The position numbers and the translations under genes were made by a program. From an uncultured Bacteroidales bacterium (GTDB taxonomy: Bacteria > Bacteroidota > Bacteroidia > Bacteroidales > UBA7960), in the NCBI GenBank assembly GCA_964614525.1, contig CAZTPA010000001.1:152282-216281 (forward strand): a stretch of DNA of 64,000 bases, read 5' to 3'. Below are positions 1-9,326 of the stretch, piece after piece. Position 1 is the first letter of the stretch, and the number at the start of each line of letters is the position of its first letter. The notes beneath the pieces are model-generated. The model was not told the origin of the DNA and did no database searches. It saw nothing but the letters and a program-made list of their open reading frames with translations.

Positions 1-1557
1 ATTTGTATCAATATCGCCATCAAGGTATGTAGAATAAGTTTCAACAAAAGAGCTGTCATTTTTTATCTTTCTTACAATCCAATTCTTTATATTTTTTTCA
101 GGAATAGGTTCCTTCCAGGTAAACCATTCTTCTCCTCTTTCATCCCATTTAATTGCTTCAGGCGATTTTAATTCACGATACACTCCTTGCCTTGCTGCCT
201 CATAATCCGGCAGTGTTACAACCACCCAAAAGCGTTCACTTGGTTTTAGTTTAAGAAAAGTTTCCCAATATGCTTCTTTATTCATCCACCACCAGTGTAT
301 TGCATTGTTATTATATTGCAATGTTTGAAATTGATTAAATGCAATCAAGAGGACAAATACTCCAATTATAAATGACTTCAACAATCTTTTCCGGCTGTAT
401 GCATAATCAATCATACATGCCATTGGCAATGCCAAAAGAGCATAAGATTCAATAAAAGCTCGGAGCCCAAAACCTCCACCAAACCACCAGCTCCACCATG
501 AAGCAAGAATATATATATTTATGATTTTAAATACAGCTATTGGCAATAATGCTCCCGGAACTCTTTTAGGAGTATAAAACAAACCAATAAATGCAAGAAT
601 CATGATTGGAGTATAAACCAACCATCCCTTTTTATAACTAAACAGAATATTAAATATCTGGGGATTATGAAAGAAAAAGCTGTCTCCTTTTTCCCCATAT
701 GTAAAATACAGAATCTTTCCCGAAATGCTATACCAATAAAGGAATTGAGGCACCCACACCAAAATAAAGACTCCCGCCATTATCAAAACCCAATAATACT
801 TTTTTAAAAAAAACAGTATTCTTTCTTTAAATTCTGAAAATGAAGATATTCCCCAAAGGAAAAAAACCAAAAGAATGATAATATTTGTAGGACGCACCAG
901 GGTGATCAATCCGGCAAGCAATCCTGCATGAATTATTCTTTTAACAGATGGCTTTTCATAAAAACGAACTGTGAGCCATAAAAAAATTGCGAATAAAGAA
1001 AATCCGAATGAGTGAGACATTGGAGCTTCCCTGGTTGTGTAGTAAAACAAATTTGTTCCTATCACAACTGCGAATAATGTAAATGCTACAATATTATCTT
1101 TAAAGAAGCGCCGTAAAACCCTTGCCAGGCATATCAATCCAAGCCATAAATAAAACATGGCACTGAAATTTAGTGCTACATGATACGGCCGTGAATACCC
1201 GTCAGCTTCATAGTTAGTTACCAATGCTACTAAATGTCCGACTAAGAAAAAAGGTGAATATAATATTGACATGCCCATTGATGCTCTGATAGCTTTTTTA
1301 CCGGATGGGCTTTCAAAAGGCCATATCCATTTACTGAACTTGCCGGTCCCATCTTCCATAAATTCGAAAGATAAATCATTATATATTAAAGTAGCAGGCA
1401 AATAAGCATAATAAGATTTTATATCCCAGATTATGACTCCCTCGCCCCTGTTATACCTGGCCTGAACAATTATTGTAAACGCTATTAAAATCAATATTAT
1501 TCGTATTGTTTTATTAATAACATTTGTTGAGAACCAGATTTTTATTTTATGAATCAT
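1..1557 (-). CDS. Polytopic membrane protein, candidate GT-C (ArnT/PMT, family-39-like) glycosyltransferase; 3' end runs off the window
   Basis: Absent from the ORF track because there is no stop inside the window. My translation from the ATG at 1557 (MIHKIKIWFSTNVINKT...YYAYLPATLIYNDLSF...) stays open for 519 codons down to base 1. It has many hydrophobic helices and aromatic-rich loops, as in GT-C enzymes. Confidence 0.45.
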   Translation of the reverse strand, partial: MIHKIKIWFSTNVINKTIRIILILIAFTIIVQARYNRGEGVIIWDIKSYYAYLPATLIYNDLSFEFMEDGTGKFSKWIWPFESPSGKKAIRASMGMSILYSPFFLVGHLVALVTNYEADGYSRPYHVALNFSAMFYLWLGLICLARVLRRFFKDNIVAFTLFAVVIGTNLFYYTTREAPMSHSFGFSLFAIFLWLTVRFYEKPSVKRIIHAGLLAGLITLVRPTNIIILLVFFLWGISSFSEFKERILFFLKKYYWVLIMAGVFILVWVPQFLYWYSISGKILYFTYGEKGDSFFFHNPQIFNILFSYKKGWLVYTPIMILAFIGLFYTPKRVPGALLPIAVFKIINIYILASWWSWWFGGGFGLRAFIESYALLALPMACMIDYAYSRKRLLKSFIIGVFVLLIAFNQFQTLQYNNNAIHWWWMNKEAYWETFLKLKPSERFWVVVTLPDYEAARQGVYRELKSPEAIKWDERGEEWFTWKEPIPEKNIKNWIVRKIKNDSSFVETYSTYLDGDIDTN

Positions 1558-1796
1558 GCTATAAATTTAAATTTCAACACCTTAATAATCAAATTCATAA
1601 TTGCCATTAAAATCAAAGCGCACTTTATTCTTTTCAGAAATAAAACAGGTCTATTATTGCCTTTAGAGTTTTATGCGAAAATACAATTTATAAAACTAAT
1701 TTCTATTTTTATAATATGCTTTTGAAAAATTATTTTTTTCTATTTAAACAAATTGTCAAATAAAATTGTTGTACGTTGGAAACTTTTTTTGTTTTT

Positions 1797-1828
1797 TTTG
1801 TTTCCGATAATTTCTTTTTTTACCTTTG
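1797..1828 (+). promoter_or_regulatory. Candidate Bacteroidota-type promoter of the tetR-efflux operon (-33 TTTG, -7 TACCTTTG)
   Basis: TTTG at 1797-1800 and TACCTTTG (TAnnTTTG) at 1821-1828 are 20 nt apart, about 64 nt upstream of the ATG at 1892. Confidence 0.35.
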
Positions 1829-1842
1829 CAATGTTTTGCAAA
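1825..1842. promoter_or_regulatory. Candidate TetR operator: two TTGCAA palindromes one helical turn apart (TTTGCAAtgtTTTGCAAA)
   Basis: TTGCAA at 1826-1831 and 1836-1841. The pair overlaps the -7 box directly upstream of the TetR gene. Confidence 0.3.
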
Positions 1843-1891
1843 AAAAAAAACAAGCAAGATTAACATATAAGCATAAAGCACAGCAATAATA

Positions 1892-2503
1892 ATGAATGAA
1901 TATATAGGAAAAATTTCCGCGTTTTACTTCAAGTATGGAATCAAAAGCGTTACAATGGATGATCTTGCAAGAGAGTTAGGTGTCAGTAAAAAAACGCTAT
2001 ATCAGCATTATAATGATAAAGAAGATGTCGTTTTTAATGTAATCCAGCATCATATAATAAATCAACAGCAGGAGATTAAAGAGATACTGAAAGATAAAGA
2101 GTATAATGCAATAGATCATTTACTACATATGAGCAGATATATCTCTGAAAACATAAAAAATATGAATCCTTCAATCACCTATGATTTACAAAAATACTAT
2201 CCAAATGCTTGGAAAAAACTTATGAAATTCAAAAGGGAACATGTTTATAAAAAAATAATGGAAAATATTTCCAAAGGCATAAAAGAAGATTTATATCAAA
2301 AAAATTTAAACTACGAGATTATAACAAGCATTTATGTAAACATGATGGAAATATTTTCAGGTGGCAAATATGCTGAATTAAAAAAATTCTCAAATGAAGA
2401 AATATTCAGAACCTTATTTATTTACCATATAAGAGGTATTTGTAATGAAAATGGCAATAAATATCTTAATAAGAAATTAAAAGAAAGCAAGGAGCTTCTA
2501 TAA
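1892..2503 (+). CDS. TetR/AcrR family transcriptional regulator
   Basis: N-terminal HTH (VTMDDLARELGVSKKTLYQHYNDKEDVV), about 200 aa, immediately upstream of the efflux genes. Confidence 0.85.
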   Translation: MNEYIGKISAFYFKYGIKSVTMDDLARELGVSKKTLYQHYNDKEDVVFNVIQHHIINQQQEIKEILKDKEYNAIDHLLHMSRYISENIKNMNPSITYDLQKYYPNAWKKLMKFKREHVYKKIMENISKGIKEDLYQKNLNYEIITSIYVNMMEIFSGGKYAELKKFSNEEIFRTLFIYHIRGICNENGNKYLNKKLKESKELL

Positions 2504-2519
2504 ATGTAAAAACAAAAAT

Positions 2520-3878
2520 ATGAAGACAATGAAACTAGTTTTATTATCACTATTGATAGCTCTGACACAGTTGAATGCAAATGCTGATTCTTTAAGCATA
2601 AGCGATTCCACTCCATTAAGCTTAAAGGAAGCTCATGAATATGCTGTAAAAAATAGCGCATCTATGAAAAATGCAAGAATTGACGCATCAATTGCAGAAA
2701 AACAAATTGCAGAAACCAGGGCAATCGGTTTACCACAAATAAATGCTTCAGCCGAATATCAGTATTACTTTGAGATTCCCACAAGCCTTATTCCCGCAGA
2801 ATTTTTTGGTGGTCAGCCCGGAGAGTTTGCCGAAATCCAATTTGGTACTGAACAAAACTTATCAGCAAACCTGAATGTAAATCAACTGATTTTTGACGGA
2901 TCCTATTTTATTGGCTTACGAGCGGCTAAAATCTACAGGGATATATCAAACAAAAACATTGAAAAATCAGAAATTGACATAAAAGTAAGTGTATCACAAA
3001 CATACTATCTCGCCCTTATTACTCAAGAGAATATAAAGATTTTACAGGAAAATCTTGAAAATATGAATAAAATCTACTATGAAACCGAGAAGATGTTTGA
3101 AGCAGGCTTTACTGATCAGATTAATAAGGAACAGCTTATTCTGGCAGTGTCAAGATTAAAGAACACTTTATCTAACCTTAAGCGCCAAGAAAAACTAACA
3201 AATAATCTGCTAAAGTTCCAAATAGGAATGGATATGCAAACAGATTTGGAATTAACTGATGATTTAACAGAACTAATAAAGCAGATAAATCTTGAAACAG
3301 TTAAATCAGAAAACTTTAATCATGAAAACCATATTGATTACAAGATAGTTAAGTCGTATGAATACATGCAGGAAATGAATTTTAAGAGAGAGCGATCTGC
3401 ATATTGGCCTAAAATATCAGGAAACTACGTTTATCAGCAATCTGCAATGAGGAATGAGTTTAACTTTTTAGATAGTGAAGAATCCTGGTTTCCTACTTCA
3501 TTTTTTGGGGTTAGTATAAGCATCCCGATATTCTCATCAGGCATGAAAAATTCCCGGGTACAGCAGGCCAAATTGGAACTGAATAAGGCTAAAATCTCAA
3601 CACAGCAAACATCCAGTTCTATACAATTGCAAATGGAAGAAGCCCGTGCGGAATTTAATACAGCAATGGAAAAATATCAAAACGACAAAGAAAACCTTGA
3701 GCTTGCAAACAAGATTTTAAAAAGAACAAATATAATGCATAAAGAGGGGCTTGCTTCCAGCCTTGAGCTTACACAAGCGAATGATCAGTTGCTGGAAACA
3801 CAAGGCAGCTATTTGCAGGCAATTTTTGAACTGTTAAATGCAAAAAATGAGCTGGACAAAGCATTAGGAAGATTATAA
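2520..3878 (+). CDS. TolC-family outer membrane efflux protein
   Basis: Signal peptide, two-fold repeat architecture, about 450 aa. It is first in a TolC-MFP-RND gene order. Confidence 0.85.
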   Translation: MKTMKLVLLSLLIALTQLNANADSLSISDSTPLSLKEAHEYAVKNSASMKNARIDASIAEKQIAETRAIGLPQINASAEYQYYFEIPTSLIPAEFFGGQPGEFAEIQFGTEQNLSANLNVNQLIFDGSYFIGLRAAKIYRDISNKNIEKSEIDIKVSVSQTYYLALITQENIKILQENLENMNKIYYETEKMFEAGFTDQINKEQLILAVSRLKNTLSNLKRQEKLTNNLLKFQIGMDMQTDLELTDDLTELIKQINLETVKSENFNHENHIDYKIVKSYEYMQEMNFKRERSAYWPKISGNYVYQQSAMRNEFNFLDSEESWFPTSFFGVSISIPIFSSGMKNSRVQQAKLELNKAKISTQQTSSSIQLQMEEARAEFNTAMEKYQNDKENLELANKILKRTNIMHKEGLASSLELTQANDQLLETQGSYLQAIFELLNAKNELDKALGRL

Positions 3879-3929
3879 TCACAAAATTTAATAAAAATAT
3901 CATTGAATAACCAAGAAACTAATAAAGGT

Positions 3930-5129
3930 ATGAAAAGCATAAAAAACAATTTAAAAAGTATCTTCTTAGTAAGAAGTATCATATTAACAGCTGTATTGGC
4001 ACTATTATCATTCGGATTAAATTCATGCAGCGAAAATGCAGATAAAAGCCCTGATGAAATTAAAGAAAGAATTACAGAAAAAAACAATTCTATTAATGAA
4101 TTAACAAAAGAAATTGCAGAGCTTGAAAGAGAGTTGGAAAGCATGGGCGCAGTTTCAAACAACAGAACCCGCATACCTGTTACTGTTTCAAAGCTAGAAC
4201 AACAACATTTTGATCATTACGTCAAGCTCAATGGATCAGTTGAGGCAGTGAAATCAGCAACTATAACGCCGGAAATTAGTGGTCATATAAAAATAATTAA
4301 TGTTGATAAAGGCGATAAAGTAAAAAAGGGAACAGTAGTGGCGAGGCTAAATTCTGAAGTTATTGAAAATAATATTAAGGAAGTAAAAACCTCTATGGAG
4401 TTAGCAGAAACAATGTATAACAGACAAAAGAGTTTGTGGGAACAAGAGATTGGCAGTGAAATTGAGTATTTGCAAGCAAAAAATAATTACGAAAGCCTGG
4501 TTTCAAAACTCAAAACATTAGAATCACAATTAGAAATGTCTGTAATAAAAGCTCCTTTTGACGGTATTATTGAAAACACTTTTCAAAAGCAAGGCGAACT
4601 GGCAACTCCGGGAGCGCCTATGATGCAAATAATAAATCTGGAAGCTCTTTATATTAATGCTGATGTATCGGAAAGGTACTTGCCTGTTATGAATCAAAAC
4701 AAAGAGGTAATACTAAGATTCCCTTCATACCCTGAATATGAAGAAAAAGTAGCGGTAAACAGAATCGGTAACGTAATTAATCCTGATAACAGGACATTTA
4801 ATATTCAATTAAAAATCAATAATCAGGAAGGAAAGTTCAAGCCAAACATGACAGCTATTGTCAGTTTAATGACTTTTTCAACAGATGAAGCGGTGATTGC
4901 GCCTTCATTCCTTATAAAACAAGATACTCAAGGTCATTATGTATTTATCGCAAAAAAAATAAATGAAGATTTAAGAGCTAAGAAAGTTTACCTTGAAAGA
5001 GGATTAGATGGAGAAGGACAAACAATAATTGAATCAGGGATAAGTGCCGGTGATCTTTTAATTATAAAAGGGCATAACCAGGTCAATGACGGCTCTCTGC
5101 TTAGTATTTCAGATACTAACCAAAGTTAA
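3930..5129 (+). CDS. Efflux RND periplasmic adaptor (membrane fusion protein, HlyD family), lipoprotein
   Basis: Coiled-coil, lipoyl and beta-barrel regions (VKLNGSVEA..., SPEISGHI, VIKAPFDGII). The track ORF starts at a TTG (3903); the ATG at 3930 gives MKSIK... with a signal sequence ending LNSC. Confidence 0.85.
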   Translation: MKSIKNNLKSIFLVRSIILTAVLALLSFGLNSCSENADKSPDEIKERITEKNNSINELTKEIAELERELESMGAVSNNRTRIPVTVSKLEQQHFDHYVKLNGSVEAVKSATITPEISGHIKIINVDKGDKVKKGTVVARLNSEVIENNIKEVKTSMELAETMYNRQKSLWEQEIGSEIEYLQAKNNYESLVSKLKTLESQLEMSVIKAPFDGIIENTFQKQGELATPGAPMMQIINLEALYINADVSERYLPVMNQNKEVILRFPSYPEYEEKVAVNRIGNVINPDNRTFNIQLKINNQEGKFKPNMTAIVSLMTFSTDEAVIAPSFLIKQDTQGHYVFIAKKINEDLRAKKVYLERGLDGEGQTIIESGISAGDLLIIKGHNQVNDGSLLSISDTNQS

Positions 5130-5164
5130 AACTGAGATTTATTTAATACTCAAATAATCATACA

Positions 5165-8100
5165 ATGTCAGAAAAAGAAGTAAAAACAACAGATATTAGA
5201 GAGTTTAAACCAACAACGATTGCTTTAAAAAACAAAAATACTATCTTTTTATTAGCGATTATATTGGCAATATTCGGCACAATCTCATACAGAATTTTAC
5301 CGAAAGAACTGTTTCCGGATGTTGTTATACCAACAATTATGGTAAAAACAATATATCCAGGAAATTCTCCGGTGGATATGGAAAACCTCATATCACGACC
5401 GTTGGAAAATGAAATAAATACAATCAGTGAAATAAAAAAACTATCATCAGAATCAACCCAGGATAATTCCGATATTTTTGTAGAATTCCAAACCGATGTT
5501 GAAATTAAATCTGCTCTTCAGGATGTAAAAGATGCTGTCGACCGGGCAAAGTCAGAATTACCAAGCGACTTGCAAGTTGACCCGATGGTTATGGAAATTG
5601 ATTTTTCCGAGTTTCCTATAATCAACATAAATATTTCAGGAGATTATTCTCTAAACGAATTAAAGCGTTATGCCGATTTTTTGACTGAAAATATAGAAGC
5701 AATCCCTGAAATTTCAAAAATTGAAATGACAGGAATTGAAGAAAGAGAAATTCAAATTAACGTGGATCCAATAAAGCTAAATGCTAATGAACTTAGTTTC
5801 GGAGATATTGAGAATGCGGTAAGAATGGAAAATGTTTCAATATCAGGAGGTACAATTCTTTTCCAAGACAATACAAGGTGGGCTGTTCGCAGTGTAGGCG
5901 AGTTTACAGATGTTAGAGAAATTGAAAAAATAATTGTTAAGCATGAATTTGGAAATATAGTTTATTTGGGAGACATTGCAGAGATTACTGACACTTATGC
6001 CGAACCTATGAGTGTTTCCAGGCTTGACGATCAAGCTGTTGTTTCACTTCAGGTTGTTAAAAAATCAGGAGAAAATCTAATTGCAGCAACTAATAAAATA
6101 TTTGATGTATTGCAAGAATCAAAAGAAAACGGCAACATCCCTGATGATCTTAACATAACTATAACTAACGATCAATCTGAAAATATCAGAAATCAGTTAT
6201 CAAATCTTGAAAACAGCGTAATAATGGCTGTTATTCTAATAATTATTGTGCTGTATTTATTTTTGGGTATTAAAAATGCTCTATTTGTTGGCATGGCAAT
6301 ACCTCTCTCAATACTAACATCTTTTATGGTTTTGGGAATATTAGATATCCAAATAAATATGATAGTACTTTTCTCTATCATTTTAGCATTAGGATTATTA
6401 GTAGATAATGCAATCGTTGCTGTTGACAATATTTTTCGATTTATTGAAAGAGGTTATCCGGTTTTTGAAGCTTCAAAAAAAGCAATAGGCGAGATAGCAA
6501 TACCCATCATTACATCAACAGCAACAACACTTTCAGCATTTCTGCCGTTGGCATTTTGGCAGGGCATGGTAGGTGAATTTATGAAGTACATGCCTATTAC
6601 ACTAATAATTGTTTTATTATCTTCTTTATTTGTAGCTCTTATTATTATTCCGGTATTATCTTATACATTTTTTAGAAATGAAAAAGCTAAAGCAAATGAA
6701 GAAATTGAAGCTGATGTTTTAATTAAGAAGCGAAAAAATAATTTGAGAAGGCTGTTAATCTCTATTGCTATTATAGCTGTTGGCGGATTATTGCACATTT
6801 TAGGAGTTACATTGTTAGCTAATATATTAATTCTTATTGCTCTTGTAGTTTTAGCTGCAAAATATGTGTTTTCACCATTAGCAAAATGGTTTCAAAATAG
6901 CATTTTACCTTTTAATGAAAAATTATATTCAAGAACATTAAATTATGCATTAAGAGGCAAAAGACCATATTACTTTGTATTCGGAACATTTGTATTCCTT
7001 ATTCTTGCAACTTCTTTTTTCTTTATTAAAAGTCCAAACATATTGTTTTTTCCGGACAATCAACCTAACTTTATTAATATTTTAGTCGATTTGCCTTTAG
7101 GTACAGATATTAAAGAAACTGACATCAGAATTCAGGCCGTTGAAAATCATCTTAAAGAAATTCTTGAACCCAACAAAAATATAGTTAAGTCGATTCATAC
7201 AACTGTTGGACGTGGTGCTGTTGGTGAAATGGAGTTTAGTGCAGGTGACACACCAAATCGTGGGCGCATTACAATCACTTTTGTTGAGCAGGAAGACCGA
7301 ATGGGTGTTAATACAAACTCACTAATTGCTGAAATAAGTGATGAACTCATTGGAGAATATCCGGGAATGGATATAAAGGTTGAAAAAAACAGTATGGGTC
7401 CACCTTCTGGAAAACCTATCAATATTGAGATTAGTGGAAAAGAATATGAACGATTGATTTCAATTACTGAAGATGTTAAAAGTAGAATTAATAATGCAGG
7501 AATTGAAGGAATAGAAGGTTTAAGAATGGACTTAGATACTGACAAACCTGAAATTATTATTAATATTGACAGGGAACAAGCCCGCAGATATGGAGTATCT
7601 ACTTATGCTGTTTCAAATACAATCAGAACTGCTTTGTTTGGACTTGAAGTTTCTTCCTTCAAATTGGAAGAAGAAGACATCCCTATTCAACTAAGACTTA
7701 AAGAGGAATACAGGAACAGCATGTCTTCGCTAATGAACCAATTTATTACATTCAGAAGTCAAAGTACAGGAAAATTAATGCAGGTTCCAATATCCGCTGT
7801 TGCATCCTATGAATACAGCAAAACTTATGGTTCTATTAGTCGGATAGACCTTGATCGTGTAATAACACTATATTCTAATGTTTTACCAGGATATAATGCA
7901 AACCGGATTAATGATCAAATTGCTGAAGTACTTGAGAATATTATTTTACCGGAGGGCTATGCATATGAATTTACCGGCGAGCAGCAAGAACAGCAAGAAT
8001 CTATGGCTTTTCTAATACAGGCATTATTTATTGCCCTGGCAATTATAGCATTGATATTGGTAACTCAATTTAACTCGATTATTAAACCTTTCATTATAAT

Positions 8101-8659
8101 TATGAGTGTTATATTTAGCACAGCTGGTGTCTTTTTTGGCCTTGCGCTGTTTAATATGGATTTTATAATAATTATGACAGGAATTGGTATTATTAGTCTT
8201 GTTGGGGTTGTAGTTAATAATGCTATTGTATTAATTGATTATACCGACTATCTGCATTTAAGAAAAAAAATAGAAAATGATATTCCCGAAGAAAAATATC
8301 TTGAGCCTGCTGATTCATTAGAATGTATAAAGGAAGCCGGAAAAACTCGTTTTCGACCGGTTATTCTAACTGCAATCACCACAGTGCTAGGCTTGGTTCC
8401 TTTAGCAATTGGTTTAAATATCAACTTTATAACATTATTCACTGATTTTAATCCACAAATATATTTTGGTGGCGATAATGCTGCTTTTTGGAGTCCAATG
8501 GCATGGACTATCATTTTTGGTTTAACATTAGCCACATTCTTAACATTAATTGTGGTTCCAAGTATGTATCAAATCTTGCTATCATCAAAAAGGAAATTTA
8601 AAAAAATCAGAAAAGACATTTTAATAAAAGCAGGATATCAGTCAGATAATGAAGACTAA
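5165..8659 (+). CDS. RND efflux transporter permease (AcrB/AcrD/AcrF family), unusually long at 1164 aa
   Basis: Typical RND N-terminus (IFLLAIILAIFGTISYRILPKELFPDV), two-fold TM/porter repeat, conserved GLLVDNAIV and VGVVVNNAIVLID motifs. Confidence 0.9.
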   Translation: MSEKEVKTTDIREFKPTTIALKNKNTIFLLAIILAIFGTISYRILPKELFPDVVIPTIMVKTIYPGNSPVDMENLISRPLENEINTISEIKKLSSESTQDNSDIFVEFQTDVEIKSALQDVKDAVDRAKSELPSDLQVDPMVMEIDFSEFPIININISGDYSLNELKRYADFLTENIEAIPEISKIEMTGIEEREIQINVDPIKLNANELSFGDIENAVRMENVSISGGTILFQDNTRWAVRSVGEFTDVREIEKIIVKHEFGNIVYLGDIAEITDTYAEPMSVSRLDDQAVVSLQVVKKSGENLIAATNKIFDVLQESKENGNIPDDLNITITNDQSENIRNQLSNLENSVIMAVILIIIVLYLFLGIKNALFVGMAIPLSILTSFMVLGILDIQINMIVLFSIILALGLLVDNAIVAVDNIFRFIERGYPVFEASKKAIGEIAIPIITSTATTLSAFLPLAFWQGMVGEFMKYMPITLIIVLLSSLFVALIIIPVLSYTFFRNEKAKANEEIEADVLIKKRKNNLRRLLISIAIIAVGGLLHILGVTLLANILILIALVVLAAKYVFSPLAKWFQNSILPFNEKLYSRTLNYALRGKRPYYFVFGTFVFLILATSFFFIKSPNILFFPDNQPNFINILVDLPLGTDIKETDIRIQAVENHLKEILEPNKNIVKSIHTTVGRGAVGEMEFSAGDTPNRGRITITFVEQEDRMGVNTNSLIAEISDELIGEYPGMDIKVEKNSMGPPSGKPINIEISGKEYERLISITEDVKSRINNAGIEGIEGLRMDLDTDKPEIIINIDREQARRYGVSTYAVSNTIRTALFGLEVSSFKLEEEDIPIQLRLKEEYRNSMSSLMNQFITFRSQSTGKLMQVPISAVASYEYSKTYGSISRIDLDRVITLYSNVLPGYNANRINDQIAEVLENIILPEGYAYEFTGEQQEQQESMAFLIQALFIALAIIALILVTQFNSIIKPFIIIMSVIFSTAGVFFGLALFNMDFIIIMTGIGIISLVGVVVNNAIVLIDYTDYLHLRKKIENDIPEEKYLEPADSLECIKEAGKTRFRPVILTAITTVLGLVPLAIGLNINFITLFTDFNPQIYFGGDNAAFWSPMAWTIIFGLTLATFLTLIVVPSMYQILLSSKRKFKKIRKDILIKAGYQSDNED

Positions 8660-8753
8660 TTCATAAAATCAGTTTTACTTTGCCTTATTAATACAAAACA
8701 TAAATAAGGCCTAAGAATTATACATTTTAAATTATTACTTTTGTCAAAAAGAC

Positions 8754-9305
8754 ATGATAGTTATAGGTATCACAGGCACTTTAGGTGCAGGTAAAGGAAC
8801 AGTTGTCAATTATCTGGTTAATGAAAAAGGATTTACTCATTATTCTGTAAGGGGCTTACTTACAGAAAAACTTCATGAGGCCGGAAAAACTGTCAATAGA
8901 GACTCGCTAACAAATCTGGCAAACAAACTCAGAGCCGGGAACTCTCCCGCCTACCTTATTGAACTATTATATGAAAAAGCAGTTGAAAACGGGAAAAATT
9001 GCATAATTGAGAGCATTAGAACTCCCGGAGAAATTGAATTGCTAAGAAAAAAACCGAACTTTTTCCTTCTCGCTGTTGATGCTGATCCAAAAATAAGATA
9101 TCAGAGGATTGTTTTAAGGAACTCCGAAACCGACAACATTAGCTATGAAACTTTTCTTGCAAATGAAAAACGTGAAATGCAATCAAATGACCCAAACAAA
9201 CAAAACCTTAGTGCTTGTATAAAACAAGCTGATTTTGTAATTATCAATAATGGTAATATAGAGGAGCTTAATAAAAAAACTGAATATTTTTATCAGCAAT
9301 TATAA
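8754..9305 (+). CDS. P-loop nucleotide/nucleoside kinase-like protein (dephospho-CoA-kinase-like fold)
   Basis: Walker A motif at the N-terminus (IGITGTLGAGKGT), about 180 aa. TACTTTTG -7 box at 8736-8743. Confidence 0.5.
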   Translation: MIVIGITGTLGAGKGTVVNYLVNEKGFTHYSVRGLLTEKLHEAGKTVNRDSLTNLANKLRAGNSPAYLIELLYEKAVENGKNCIIESIRTPGEIELLRKKPNFFLLAVDADPKIRYQRIVLRNSETDNISYETFLANEKREMQSNDPNKQNLSACIKQADFVIINNGNIEELNKKTEYFYQQL

Positions 9306-9326
9306 AGGTTTTTATCAAGTATTTAG

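Noticed and set aside
2422-8535. Short ORFs nested antisense or out of frame inside the efflux genes: 2422..2661, 3809..4174, 5158..5391, 5843..6034, 6193..6429, 7195..7545 and 8248..8535.
   Set aside because: Each lies within a long, well-supported CDS and has low-complexity composition. The same reasoning applies to nested ORFs elsewhere, including 10648..10866, 13495..14299, 15437..16975, 22346..24572, 36253..36486, 38336..38989, 59804..60130 and 60747..61208.
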